A stretch of DNA of 64,000 bases from Chrysemys picta bellii (lineage: Eukaryota). The DNA is taken from the NCBI RefSeq assembly GCF_011386835.1, contig NC_088794.1:15624001-15688000 (forward strand), written 5' to 3'. The notes below the pieces were generated by a model. The model had not been told where the DNA came from, did no database searches, and worked only from the letters and a program-made list of their open reading frames with translations. A program made the translations under genes and the position numbers. This document shows positions 38,910 through 52,133 of this stretch, one piece after another. Each line of letters opens with the position of its first letter. Positions within the stretch are counted from its first letter, which is position 1.

Positions 38910-39375
38910 CCATAGACGTATGGGATCTAGAGATGGAAAATGTCCTATCTGGCCCAGTCCTTCTCCAGCAAGGCAGGTTTGTCCCCTACAGGACATTTCC
39001 TAGTGGTTTATCCAGTCTAATTGTACACCTCTGAAACAGTGGGTCTTCCATCATTTCCCTGGGGGGCTCTTCTACAGCCTGGCTCTCACTCCAGAGGCTT
39101 TGATTTCCTGCTATTTACTCCAAATATCCTGTTCTTTAATTGCCTCCTGTTATTCCTATTGCCCTACCATAATTATTCATCTCCCCCATGGTGTGGCGTG
39201 GAACTCCCTTCCAATACTTACGGAGGATTAGCACCTGCCCATTATTTTGCCAGACTGGACTGTTTTAGGTCCTCGCTGTTTCCTCTAGATCCCTCCATCC
39301 CTTCACTTTATCTAAACGTTTACATACAACTGAGCTGAGCCTAGTATTCCTGGTGTGGCGTCACCAGAGAGCAGG
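38910..39375 (-). mobile_element. Ancient CR1 3' fragment
   Basis: Degenerate reverse CR1 tail and ORF2 end (catagacgtatggga...ctagtattcctggtgtggcgtcaccag). Confidence 0.5.
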
Positions 39376-40685
39376 GTATGAGATGCAGTTCCAGATCACA
39401 CGGGCCTGTTTTGGAGGCTACGCAGAAACGGGAGCTCACCTCATTTGCTGACTGTCACCCTTCCCAGGTTCCTCCATCCCACTTGGCATCTGTGGCATAG
39501 TGCCCCCACCAATCCCTTGGGTAATAAGAACACTTTAATCTAATGGTTGGTTTTACACCACTGCCAGCACCACGCTATCCGATCGCCTTCCATATAAAAT
39601 CAATAGTGAAGTCCTTAGTGAGCTCCATGGAGTCTCTGGCTCTTCTCCCTTCTCAGGGCAAAAACTTTGCTTGGGGGTAGAGTTTTTTTAAATGTTGTTT
39701 GTTATTTGGTTATTTGACTTGTTGGTTTCAGGCTGCTTTTTTGGGGGGGGGTGTTTGGTGAGGAGGAGGTGATGGGGGGGAAAGCCTTTTCTGAAGAGAA
39801 AAGTTTAGCAACATTTCCTAAAGCGTGTCAGATTCTAGGCTCACCTGATGTTCTGTCTTATGTTGTTATTTCCTGCCCATCTTTCTCAAGGTTCCTATTT
39901 CTCTGTTCTCACTGGGGCTTGCAACACCCCCCCTGGTTTAATGTCATCTGCTAGTGTAATTAACATGCTCTTCCCAGATCGCTACCCTGAATAACTGGAG
40001 GAGCTCACGGGAAGGGGAGGGGATTGAGTGCTGCCTGAAGTCTTACACCTCTCTTAAACATAAAAGGCCCTTCTGTAGCTATTTACACCCTCAGTGTGTG
40101 GTACAGACATTGCCTGGCTCCCAGGTGCTTTGGGAGGATTAAGGGGTAAACAAGTGTTGCTATTTCTCATTTTGCAAAACCAGGAGAACAGTTACAGAGA
40201 GAAAGGAAGTGATTTGCCCAGGGCCTGGTGTCAGCAATGGGATTAGAACCCCGGAGTCCCTGGCTTCCAGGCCTGTGTTTGGAGGAAGAGGCCTCATATC
40301 CCCACATGATTTCTTTTGCAGCATTTGATCAGCTCGGCGTTTCAGGTTCGCTGTGAGCCTTACGAGGCCTCAGGGCTGGTTGCCAGATGCTAGGAGGGCC
40401 AGGGAAAGGATGGAAGCAGAAAGACTGACAAGCAGCCCACCCCACTCTGGAGTCTTTAGACTCCAGCCTCAGGACTAAGCTCTAGAACCGGTTGAGAATT
40501 TTCCACCGAAACCGTTTTTTAGTGGAAAATGGCTTTTATACAATGTTTTCGTAAATACGTCACTAATTTTTTTGCTGTGAACTATATAACAATTTGCTTT
40601 CAATAACTTTTCCCGGGGGGGGGGAGAAATGATTGTCCAGCCAGCTCTGTTACACTCAGAGCACATTGTCGTCGCTTTCACTCAC

Positions 40686-40892
40686 CGGTAGCTGGAACGT
40701 GGTTTGCATTGAACAGCCACCATCTCCCTTTTGCCAAGGAGTTTCATGTGTTTGGAGACCAAACTGAGGCAGCAAAGTTTGCTCTCCAAACGTAGAATGT
40801 TGTTTGTGAACAGCACCTTCCTGGCGGCGGCGGCTGCTGCTGTGAACACGTCCTCCTTGGTTGAGAAGGCCTCCAAAGGGGCAGATCTTATA
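40686..40892 (-). promoter_or_regulatory. Predicted distal promoter and first exon (TATA 40886-40892, Inr 40862, donor at 40686/40685), probably for HSD11B1
   Basis: TATAAGA 30 nt upstream of TCA(+1)ACC, 177-nt exon, donor CCG|GTGAGT. Target gene is inferred. Confidence 0.55.
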
Positions 40893-43408
40893 ACTATTAG
40901 TCACATTTCTAACACGCACACGTGTGCCAGGCACCACCTCTCTCATTCCCTTTATCGCCCGTAGCTTCTAAATTAGCCCAGAAGTATGCAGCGCACATAG
41001 CCAAAGACCAGCAACCTGATAGTAAAGTATTTATGAGAGCAAGTGAGGAGTGCCCTTGAAGTGAGCGTATTGGCAGCATGCAGAATACGCGGCCACATCT
41101 GAACTAACCTCAGCGGCATTATTGTATTTGTTCCCCTTTGGAGAAATGCACCCTGGTGCAGAGGGTCAGCTCTGTACCATTTAAGTCCAATTTATACCCC
41201 ACTTGAAGGAAATAAATGGTGCATAGACGTTGTGCTGGCCATTCTGTACAGGGGATGTTGAAACCCATAGCCTGTTAGAGAGAGGATGTAATGTAAATTT
41301 AAAGGTGCATTTTTAAATGTCCTGATGGATGGTCAGTGAAGCAGCAAATCATATCTGCTGTAGCTTCCCTTCCCACACAAGCCACCCCCGGCTTGAGTAT
41401 TAGAAGCAAATACAGTGAACAGGAAAAAAATGTAGGCAGGTTTATGCCGGCAAGGCAAAACTGATGGATTCACAATAGTTTGAAATTAAATAGTAATAGT
41501 AGAAATTAAAATGGGTTTTTAAAAAAGCAGCTTTGCTTCTGTTTCATCATAAAGAAAAAGCTGATGTCACCAGCTGAACTTTCAAGGCTTACTAAAGAGA
41601 GGCCATCCTGGGCTTTGGGAATGGGACACGGGCATGTCACTTCCTGGTCATTCTTGGTTACAATCGAGCCTTTGACCATTGCTCAACGAAAGGCAGGTAC
41701 AGTGCAGCTCAGAGTGGCCAGAGGTGTGCATCACCACGGCACTACTTGGCCCAGTGTTAGCAGGGGTAAGGACTGAATGGGCCATGGAACCTGAGCTCCC
41801 AAGACAACGTAGTGTTTGTTTTTCAGCATCAGGGTAGCTGCCCCTAGGAACCCTGTGCTGGAAATGACTGAGCCCTGTGCACACGAGTACCCTTGCCAGC
41901 CCTCGTGCAGCTGCACTGGCACTGAAAAATATGTTCTATATGTGCTTATGTAGGTGCAGGTCTCCCTGTGGGGTCAGCGTAGACAGTGTGCAAGAAGGGT
42001 CACCTATGCCTCAAACGCCTTCCCCATCCTGTCCTGTCCGTGAGCCCGAGCCACGTCACCGTGCAATGCCCGGTATGAACATGGCCGCGAGGAACATTGC
42101 ACCATTGCCTTTTGGGAGCTGATTGTGCTTTCCCAAACACACGTGGGCCTGAGACGACAGTCAGTTCACTCAGCCCCCGGAGCCACTGGGGGCTTCCAGA
42201 CGTGATTTGGGAAACTCAGTCGAAACCACAAAAGAGCAAGTTGGGAAAACAAGTGGCTGGACAGTGCAAATGCGGTGGCCGGTGCGTGGGAATCTGCTGT
42301 GTATCTGAGAGGTTGCGGCTCAGTAGCAGCCACTGTGTTTCTTATGAGCTTTGAGGGCCTTGTGCTTTGGGGGCAATCAGCCCCCGTGTGAAGGCATTAC
42401 AGGGACGGCAGTTGGATGAGGTGCAATGTTCAGGTGACGGGACAGGGGGGAGAAGGTGTTCTGGCCCCTAGCAGAGTGCTCCTGGAGTTTGGGGAAAGCT
42501 GGCTTGACTTGCTAGTTCTCCAGGGAGAAGGTATGGGACCGCCTGCGCTGTTCCAAAGGAACTGGCACTCCACGCCTCAGACCACTTCACCTCATCGACA
42601 AACCTCATTCCAGTGTCAAGCCTCATCCCAGTTATGTGCTAAATCTTGGATTAATGAAGCAGCAAAATGCCCCTAGCCCAAATGGGGACAGTGCTTGGCA
42701 AACGGTGTGGAGATGTGTGTTAAGCAGAGAAGGTGAGAAGGCCTGTGTGGAGGTGAGATTGGGGGAGGTTTCAGGTGGTATTCCTGGTTGAAGGTCTCAG
42801 TGAGAGCTCCCCACGTACAAGTACCATCGGAGTTTGCACATCACTAGTACAGGTGGAATAGTGTGTTGGTGATGTTCATATCTGCTGGGTGACCTGACCT
42901 AACCTAACTCACTCCCGGGAAAGATCATCTCCAGGACCCTGACCACAGCTTGCCTGGGTGAGCCCTGGCCACTGGCCACGCTCCCTGTGCCCTTGAAAGA
43001 AACTCTGGCTTGTTTCTCTCAAGGTGTTGATTGCTGAAGTCCTAAATTTAGGTGGCAGGCCCTTGAACCAAGCAGACCCCAACCTGCAAATAGCAAGTTA
43101 GGCATTTCTAAAAAACCAGCCACCCATTCTCTTGCAGTTCATTGGCAGGTGAGAGAAGGCCGCAGTGCCTGCAGCACGCTACCATCATGCTACCAAGACC
43201 TGAGTGAAGTCTCAGCATTAACATAACCTCTTTTGAGATGTGCCTGGTGAGCTTGTGGGAAGCTGTACACCAGATCTCACTCCAGCTGCATTCCCTGGGG
43301 ATGTAACGTGCCAGGGGATTTTTCCTGATTCATTGCTTAGAATAAGCCAAATTTAGATATACCCTAAACAGAACAGAATAATAGAAATTAAAACCTAACA
43401 TATTAGGG

Positions 43409-43718
43409 CAGGTGTCGGCAACCTTTCAGAAGTGGTGTGCCGAGTCTTCATTATTCCCTCTAATTTAAGGTTTTGCGTGCCAGTAATATATTTTAATGAT
43501 TTTAGAAGGTCTCTTTTTATAAGTCTATAATATATAACTAAACTATTGTTGTGTGTAAAGTAAATAAGGTTTTTAAAATGTTTAAGACGCTTCATTTAAA
43601 ATTAAATTAAAAAGCAGAGCCCTCCGGACCGGTGGCCAGAATCTGGGCAGTATGAGTGCCACTGGAAATCAGCTCGCGTGCTGCCTTTGGCACACGTGCC
43701 ATAGGTTGCCTACCCCTG
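43409..43718. mobile_element. hAT MITE next to an old CR1-like fragment (~43727-43910)
   Basis: CAGGTGTCGGCAACC...GGTTGCCTACCCCTG; perfect TSD TATTAGGG. Confidence 0.92.
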
Positions 43719-44298
43719 TATTAGGGGATGTCATTCATCCCTCAGACAATGCACAGTTGTTCCTAAAGCTTAGCCCTAAATGCTTTAGCGCAGTCCAATT
43801 TCAAATGGTCCAAGTGATGTTATTTCACACTATAAACTTCCTGAGTTTGAGCTTACATTTCCCTCTAATCAATTCCATCCCAGTGCTCTTAGCTATAGCC
43901 CAATAGCCCATGTTAAAAAAAAAATCCCTCTATCTTTTTGGAAGTTGCAAATGGACATGTATGATGCAGATATAACACTTTATCCTCTGTATCTGACAGA
44001 TACAATTTGCTTATGGCATTTAGTTGCAAAAGACAGTGTTTGTGCTGTTTGTATAGCCCCAAAACATCACAAGAATTCCTGCTTTTGGATGCCCGAGTTA
44101 AAGTGCATTAAATTTCTAGCTGCCTCGAGTTGGGGATTCAAAAACGGAAGCACCAAAATGACAGGCCACTTTGAAAATTCCAGCCATAATGAAGAAAGTG
44201 GGGTTTGTTGAAACCTGCTCTTCTTTAGTGGGTGATTCCTGCAACCCACCACTGTTACTGTGACATTATTTTGAATTCACAAGCACTGGAACTAATAC

Positions 44299-44873
44299 TA
44301 GGGTTACCATATTTTGAGCCTCCAAAAGGAGGACACTCCACGGGGCCCCGCCCCCAGCCCCGCCCCCGCCCCTTCCCCAAAGTCCCCGCCCCAACTCCGC
44401 CCCCTCCCCTGCTTCCCGCGAACATTTGATTCGCGGGAAGCCTGAAGCAGGTAAGTGGGGTGTGGGGGGAGGAGGCGCGGCCCAGTCTGGCCCCCCTGGC
44501 ATCTCCAGCCTGGGTCGGCTCGGGCCCTGGGGTGCCGGCCCCGGGCCCGGCCCCTGGCCGAGCACCCCCGGCCCGCCCAGCACTGCCGGTCCCCGGCCCG
44601 GCCTCCGGGCCCCCGGCCAGCCCAGCACTGCTGGTCCCTGGCCCAGCCCCCGGCACTGCACCGCCGGCCCGGCCCCCGAGCCCCTGGCCCGGCAGCGCCG
44701 ACCGCCGGCTCGGCACCGCCAACCGCGGGCCCGGCCCCCGGCCCAGCACCGCCGGCCCCGCATGTCCCAATTTTCCCGGACATGTCCGGCTTTTGGGGAT
44801 TTCCCCCCGGACGGGGATTTGGAGCCCAAAAAGCCGGACATGTCTGGGAAAATCCGGACGTATGGTAACCCTA
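44299..44873. mobile_element. hAT MITE with C-rich internal tandem repeats
   Basis: TIR TAGGGTTACCATA; perfect TSD ACTAATAC. Confidence 0.92.
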
Positions 44874-47475
44874 ACTAATACACATGGCTTGATGTAAAAC
44901 TTTGCACTGGCATTATTGCACGGCAGTTTAGCCACTGACACTTGCCTAATTTGCACGGCTGTAAAAAGCCATAGTTTTCTATGCACTAAGTGCAAACTCA
45001 TGTTGCAGAATCAATGAGATACAGAACTGATCTTTCAGATTGACCTTTGGGGGAAATATTTGCAAGGGGATGACCCCCAGGATCACAGTAGATCAGAAGG
45101 CTGCATCCTGGAAGGAAGGACTTGCTCAGAAGATTCTAGACATACTGGCATCGTCACGGCTATTCTAGCTGTCTAATCCCGTTAGCCGCCTAAAGTGCAG
45201 CTATTTTGACAGTTGCACAAATCTCTGCTTTAAGCTCATAAACCCTGAAATTAGGTAACTCTATTTTTATTCAAAGGGGGAGCGGGTGGAAGGACACGAT
45301 TGCCCTCTCCCAGTCATCCCAGACAAAATGAAATGCCCCTTTGCACAGAGTTGGAGGATGATAAAAATAATTGCTGGCTCATATTAAATTCAGGTCATTC
45401 AACAGAGAGGCTTCATCTAAAGCCTCTGAACTCTGCATCACAGGGGTTTCCTGTTATGACAGCAAAAAAGAAATGTTTCTCTTCATTTTCTAGGTTTCTC
45501 TATTGTCCTGCACCAGGTGTAACCTGTGAAGCAGGTCTAGTCCTGTGAATGAATAAGATATTAAGAGTTTGAAGCCAAAAAGGCTTGAATAAAGTCAAGA
45601 CCCAGTTGTTGTCTTACTTAAATCACATTCACACCTGTGGCCCCTAGCAGCCCCAACCATAGCTCAGGACCCCACTGTGCTACTAGGAGCTGTAAAAGCA
45701 CAACAAAAATCAATTTCAACGAGACTATTTCTGAAGTAAGGTACAGGACTGGGCAGCGAGGTGAGTAAGGGGGTTGGAGTATGGGCCCAAAATTTTTCTT
45801 TCCACTGCCACAAGCCTTCTGCAGCAAAAGGATCCGGGTATGCTGTAAAACTATCAGTGTCCTTGATCTGGCATTATTCAGGGACATGGTTCAGCTGTTT
45901 TCTTCAGGCTAAATTGTGCCTTCACCTTTGCACACTCAACATCTAGTGAAGTGAATGAGGCATTGACCCGTCTGTCATGTCTGGGAAACTGAAACCCTGA
46001 GAAATGCTTGATTGGCACATAAAACACGTTATTTCTCAAGTGCTATTTTATGTTGACTTCTATCCCAGTTTTTTCCCAGATGGAAAATGTACGTGCACCC
46101 TTGTGTTTAATTCAGAACATGAAGTTTTTACAGGCTCAGGGACATTCTCCCCATATAATGTGCCCTTTTTGACAACAGGTGTTGGTTACACAGATGAAAG
46201 GGTGAAATTGGATGTTTTTATTCTTAAAATAAGACTAGCATCTAGAAACCATTCAGGATATTTCTAGCATGTTCCTTCCTGCTTTCCTATCTTTTTTGTT
46301 TCCACGATCTCCCGTTCTCTGTAGAAATTAGAAAAGGGATCTTTTTTCCCCTTGTGGCTAGACAGAGGCACATTGCTTGTGTGTTTTCCTGATGCTATAT
46401 ACAGCATGTACCTGGCAGGGAATTAGTGTGAGAAATGTTTACCCTGCCTCCTTGGGGGCACTGGAGATAGCATTGCAGCTTCTAACTTCTAGCAAGTAGA
46501 AACCAACATTGACGTGCCCCTCCCATACTTGGATGACCCATTGACTTCTGAATGGGTGAGTTTGCTAGCATTGTGTTACATGTAGCAAACATGCACCAAT
46601 CTTTTTTTTTTTTTAAAGAACAGTGGAAACAGTTAACCTACTCGCTTGTTAATTAAAGCATGTGGTGCTAACAGTCTGCTGCATTCAAGACCATGTAGGT
46701 GAGAAATTGCAGGAAAATTGTGTTCAAAGGACAGTCTGGTGAGAACAGTGTGTCCTAGTGGGTAGAGCACTGGACTGGGATTCAAAGATGTGAGTTCTAT
46801 TCCCAGCTTTGCCACTGGCCTGGTTGGTGACCTTGGGCAAGTCATTTCACTGCTCTGTGTCTGTTATCCCCTCTGCAAAATGGGAATAATGGTACTGAAA
46901 AGTACTATGTAAGAAGTGGGTATTAATGTCCTTGAGAGCTTTGCCATTACCATTAATGGAGGCAGGATCAGGCTCTTTTCATTAGTCCTGCAGCTTGTTA
47001 GAAATATGACAGAATGGGCCAGATATCCCTTTCTGCATTTACACCCATGTAACGGAGATCAACATCTGGCTACACTGCCCCTGCCTCCATCCTTAAAAAA
47101 ACCCAAACCAACCAACCTCTGTGTATGATTATAAATACAGGGATGTGAGCAATATCTGGTTTGTATAAAAAGGTTAGGCTTTAGAAAACAAAAGGGGGAG
47201 AAAAACAAACAAACAAACCAACCAACCACACCAGGTCTCCCATTGTTGACTGTGAAACCTATTGTTGACTGTGTGTTTGTACTAATTGGAAGGTGACAGC
47301 ATTCAGCAACTGTTTCACTGCCAAACTTAGGATGCTTCCCTAAGTGCCCTGATAAACACCACCCTGCAGGAGGCATTAGGCTGTGAAGAATTTATTTCAA
47401 TAACTTTAGCTGAATTAAGACTCCATCCCTCTTTGAAGACTGACAAAAGAAAGAGGCTTGGTAATGTATAAAATA

Positions 47476-47512
47476 TTTATTTATAATGCAAAATATATTT
47501 GTAAAGTTTATT
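47476..47512 (-). terminator. Two AATAAA poly(A) signals of G0S2
   Basis: TTTATT on the plus strand at 47476-47481 and 47507-47512, about 250 nt past the stop codon. Confidence 0.65.
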
Positions 47513-47753
47513 CATAATAAAAAAACATGTTGGTGCAAAATGCCGGGCACCTTACACCTTTTTATACCAACAAAAGGGTACATATTCAACGGGTGGCGTT
47601 TTTGAACTGCTGCATGGCAGCAAATAATAGTCACTTCTCTAGAGTCCCTTGCGTCTGCAGTCAGTGTCGATTCCCTTCTCCCTGGAGTCCGCACCTGGAG
47701 ATCAAACAGGTCAGCAGTCTCTTGTGCATGCCTATCACTGACTGGGCAGTCTC

Positions 47754-48065
47754 TTAGGATGCACGCTGCCTGATCACCAAGTTCCTCTGCATTACATCCT
47801 GCTCTTTGCTCTTCTCCACGATCAAATCCCCCTGTTTCTGGGAGACAGTGTGCTCTTTGGTCAGGGGAGGTCTCTTCTTCTCCTCCTCCTCCTCTTGTAG
47901 CTGCTCTTCAGAGGTGAAAGGGCTGCAGACTGTCTCCACCAGGCTAATAACCACCCCGAAGAAAGCCAGCACGCTGCCCAGCATATAGATCTTGACCATC
48001 TTTCTGCTGGGCTTCTGGCTGAACATTTCTTTGGCAAAGGGAATCAGCTCCTGCATGGTCTCCAT
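47754..48065 (-). CDS. G0S2: G0/G1 switch protein 2 (ATGL inhibitor), 103 aa, single coding exon
   Basis: METMQELIPFAKEM...KIYMLGSVLAFFGVVISLVETVCSPF...RQRAS matches G0S2, including the hydrophobic ATGL-binding segment; exon 2 acceptor ctccag| at 48096. Confidence 0.97.
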   Translation of the reverse strand: METMQELIPFAKEMFSQKPSRKMVKIYMLGSVLAFFGVVISLVETVCSPFTSEEQLQEEEEEKKRPPLTKEHTVSQKQGDLIVEKSKEQDVMQRNLVIRQRAS

Positions 48066-48423
48066 CTAGGGCCGCAGACCTGGAAGGTCACAAAACCTGG
48101 AGAGCAAGAGAGGGAAAAAAGAGAGATACCCATCAGCTGCTATCTAGTGCGGCTTCCTTCTGCATTCAGCAGGGCTGCTTCCAAGAGAAAGCGGAGTCTG
48201 TCTAGAGTGCACAGGCCCAGGGCACATGCAGGCACACTAGTTAACACTGCCATGGCCCAGTGTCTGTTTCAGGAAAACACAGACACAGCTAGGGCGGTGA
48301 TGGGCAGTACGAAAACCTCACCGCCAAGCGATCCCTTCAGCCGTTCTCCAGCCACATGCACACGGGCCAGTCCCCGTTGCAAAGCGGAGTTTGAAGAACT
48401 CCCAGCCATGGCTCAGTAGTAAT

Positions 48424-48665
48424 AGGGGGTGGTGGTGGTGGTGGTGGGGTAATAGGAGCCCATATTAAAAAAAAGAAAAGCCCTAAAGATGGGGACATCT
48501 GGTCACCCTAGGCTGAGTGATGCCTGCACTTCCACTCTATGCATGGGAAGAAGTGAGGTTTTTACCCACGAAAGCTTATGCCCAAATACATCTGTTAATC
48601 TTTAAGGTGCCACCAGGCTCCTTGTTGTTTTTGTAGCTACAGACTAACACCGCTACCCCCTGATA
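48424..48665. mobile_element. Partial hAT MITE (48424-48510) and Penelope fragment (48541-48665) in the G0S2 intron
   Basis: ...GGGACATCTGGTCACCCTA TIR; gcatgggaagaagtgagg...cacgaaagcttatgc...aaggtgccacc. Confidence 0.7.
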
Positions 48666-48790
48666 TTGGTCACCCCAGTAACTGCCGGTGTTTGGGTCTG
48701 AAATTCCCCCAGGATAAGCCGGGGCTCCCTCGGCACGTGGTCCCCTTTCTCAGGGGGCATGGGACTGCACCCCGCTCCCGCTGTACTTAC

Positions 48791-48891
48791 CGCAGGGCGC
48801 GCTGTGCTCCGCGGGTTCGCAGCGAGGGATATCGGCTCAGTTCTCCGCTGTCGCTTGGCAGATGCTTCCCCCAGCCACCCCGAGCCTTATA
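48791..48891 (-). promoter_or_regulatory. G0S2: G0S2 TATA box and non-coding exon 1 inside a CpG-rich region (~48690-49300)
   Basis: TATAA at 48891-48887, CA initiator at ~48863, donor GCG|GTAAGT at 48791/48790; 694-nt intron to 48096. Confidence 0.8.
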
Positions 48892-49520
48892 TCGCCCTGG
48901 TGGCTGGCGGCTCCTCCCCTCCCGGGGCCGGCTCCTCCTTGCTCAGGCAGGCTGGGGGCCAGCAGGGCTGTGCACGCCCCGAGAGCATGCAGCCAGCAGG
49001 GTTTCTATTGGGTGACCGCCCCCCGGAGGGTCGCTGCGGGGGCTGGGGTCGCCAGCTACAGAGCAGACACACCAGGAAGAGGGGAAGATCACGCCCGGAT
49101 CACGCAGGCATCACGCAGCCTAATCCATCTTCTGGGCACCAGAAGTGGGAGGGGGCTTCTGGGCAGGCTTGGAGCCTGGGAGTCACGTAGCAAACGTTTC
49201 TGCCCTCTCCAGTTTCGGGCGGTCGGCAGGGGAGGGGTGGGCTGGTTGATGTGTTTGCTTTATGGCGGGCGAGGGTGCAGGAGTGGTCGTGCCTAGGGCT
49301 GGGGCAGCTGCAGACTCATAAACCCCCTTCGGGGGAAGGATGTGTGAAATGCACAAGGTTTGGAATCTGCCCAGATCTTTCCTAAACTGCGGCAAAAAGC
49401 ATTGTAATGTCCCTCCCTGCTCTTGGGGAAAGTGAGCAGCAGTGTGGCTTTAAAGGGGGAATATTGCCCTTGGAAGGTAATTTATCAAGACCTAGTGTTT
49501 CAGAAAAGTGTAATTTACAG

Positions 49521-49737
49521 CAGTGGTTCTCAAACTTTTGTACTGGTGACCCCTTTCACACAGCAAGCCTCTGAGGGTGACCCACCTTATAAATTAAAAA
49601 CACTTTTTAATATATTTAACGCCATTATACATGCTGGAGGCAAAGTGGGGTTTGGGGTGCAGGCTGACAGCTTCCAGCCCCCCATGTAAGAACCTCGGGA
49701 CCCCCTGAGTGGTCCAAACCCAGTTTGAGAACCCCTG
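49521..49737. mobile_element. hAT (Charlie-like) MITE
   Basis: CAGTGGTTCTCAAAC...GTTTGAGAACCCCTG; TSD ATTTACAG/ATGTATAG (6/8). Confidence 0.88.
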
Positions 49738-51847
49738 ATGTATAGTATGTACGTAGGAGCTTGGGGAATGCATTGATCGCTCTCTCTTTGGTACCTTATA
49801 GTTGAAATTGCACAGCCCAGGGATACAGCGAAACATGGGCAGGAAAAGAGGCAGCAAAAACTAGCAGCCGAATACTGATCATGTTGAATGACTAAATGGA
49901 TTGTCTCAGTTACAACATGGGCTAAATGCTGCATATAACAAAATCTTCCGTCAACCTAGCTACCCCTTCTCAGAGTGGATTAACCACACAGAATCCCAAT
50001 GGAAAAAACCCTTCTGTCCAAGTAGGAAGCATCTCCACTACAGCTGCTGTAGTCGGTGTAGTGTAGACATACCCTCCCCCTCTCTGCTGCATTCCACCTA
50101 CCCCACTTGCTGAATGTGGTTTCTTGCCTTCAGTTCGCCTATCTTGAAACCAAAAGAAAGCCAGCTGCATGCAATCTTTTCTATTGAAACGAGTGTGAAA
50201 GTAAAGTACAGTATGTTATGTTCATGGGAAGCATGACACAGTCTGTAGCACTTTGACATTTCCTCTGCTGCCTGCTCCGTAAGTGCATTGCATCATCAGC
50301 GTAAAGCAGATTACATCACCCACTGGGCCAGTGAATGCTGAGCAACGGACAGAACAATTCCTTGTCTGAAAGAGCCTTATGCAGCTGGATGGACTGCTGG
50401 TCTGAATACCTGCTCGCGGCGGGAGCTATGCCTGCTGATCCCTCAGAGCTGCTTGGGAAATTTGGGCAGAATTCTCCTCTCAGATCCAGAGGGTAGTGTT
50501 GAATGTGGATACAGGTAGTCTGTTCTCGCTCCCCGTGTGTGGATCTGCCAGGGAGAACAGCATATCAGAGTCAAGCTCGACTGTGTGGAGCTAAGAGGGA
50601 AATTTTGTCCAGTTGATTATAGTGGAAAGAGAAGTGAAGTTCCATTGAGAAAATAGTGTCATGTACAGCTGGGTCAAAGAGATTGTTCTAGCAGAGCCAC
50701 TGGGTGGGGGCGTGGGTGTGGATCCCACTTTGTAAACTGTGACTGTGTGTGTGCCCAAACGTGTACAGTACAGGGCCAGAGCCTGTTAAAGTTGTTCTGG
50801 ACTACTCTGGTTGTACGAAGCAGCTAAAAAGGCAGTGTTAGCCAGTTGCGGGGCTCCTCCTCCCCTCCTCAGACCTTCCGGTAGAGGGCTGGAGGGAGCA
50901 TGGTCTTGGGGCTGCAGGCAGCCAGTGCAACTTGGAGTAGCCGTGAGGATCCTTGGGACAACACAGTGGGACAAAGTGACTGGGGGGAAGAGCATAAAGG
51001 TGGCTTGTCCCCCTACCTACACCCCTGACCTGCATGAGGCACTAAATAGCCGGTCTCCAAGATCTGGGTCATGGTATAAATATACAGCAGTTAACATGTG
51101 CAGATAAATACTTGTTACTGAAATCTGGGACTTTATTTCTGGCCCAGAGTTTCATTCAGTATGTGAGCGAGGGCTAGTCAGTGAGTCACTCACACGCTTT
51201 CCCCACACATCCTGCACGTCGCAGAAGCACTATAGTTTCTTCACCATTGTAACACTCTCCTCCCCCTTCCAAGGACTGCTGGTGCTGCTTGCTGGGAACA
51301 GGTTACGGTCGGTCAGGGAAAGGACCCTTGAAAGATTATGATATTGAAACTGCTCTGTTATTTTATGCACAGATTCCCCAAGTGCATTTGAAACTGAATT
51401 GCTGGATTTTTTGCAAAGGTTGCTAAAGAGCCAGCTGGTTCTCTGTGGTTGCTTTTTTTACATTCTTTACCTTTTCCTCCAACTTGGCAACAAATTTTAC
51501 AGCTGGTCGCTATATTTAAGGCATTTTTTCCCTCCTTCAGTACATTGAAAAGTGAGCATTACAGAGAAAAATGCTGAGGAGACAGCAAATAGAGAAAGTT
51601 CAGGGGCATTGTAATTATTACCAGATTGTTTGTTAACTGCTGTACAGCCACTGTCTGACAGGACAGGACTGTACTGGCTCCTTAAGGAATAAAGTCTGAT
51701 CTGAAAGGAGAGCTGGTCATAGCTTTTTGTCTCAGTTCCTTGAGGAAATGCCTGTGCCTTTTTGGGGTTGTACAGAGCCTAGCACATTGTAGGTGTAACA
51801 AGAAACTAATCAACTGTATTGGCAAGCCCAAGAGTTCAAAAACTATG

Positions 51848-52133
51848 GGCTGGTCTTCACTACCCGCCCGGATCGGCGGTAGAAAATCGATCTCTCGGGG
51901 ATCGATTTATCGCGTCTTGTCGGGACGTGATAATCGATCCCCGAATCGACGCACGTACTCCACCAGCCCAGGTAGGAGTAAGCGCTGTCGACGGGTGAGC
52001 CGCGGCAGTCGATTTGCCGCCGTCCTCACAGCGGGGTAAGTCGGATCAGATACGTCGAATTCAGCTACGCTATTCGCGTAGCTGAATTTGTGTATCTGAA
52101 ATCGATCCCCCCCCCCATAGTGTAGACGTAGCC
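51848..52133. mobile_element. Harbinger MITE
   Basis: GGCTGGTCTTCACTA...TAGTGTAGACGTAGCC; inverted sibling of 61818-62091. Confidence 0.85.

Noticed and set aside
44255-45001. Overlapping ORFs of 137-248 aa
   Set aside because: GC-rich repeat array of MITE 44299-44873; no recognisable domain.
35700-47400. A third HSD11B1 copy or pseudogene
   Set aside because: No SDR motifs (TGxxxGIG, LILNH, YxxxK) found in any ORF or by eye.
48692-49296. Plus-strand ORFs of 107-144 aa
   Set aside because: They overlap the G0S2 CpG-rich promoter; GC content explains the open frames.
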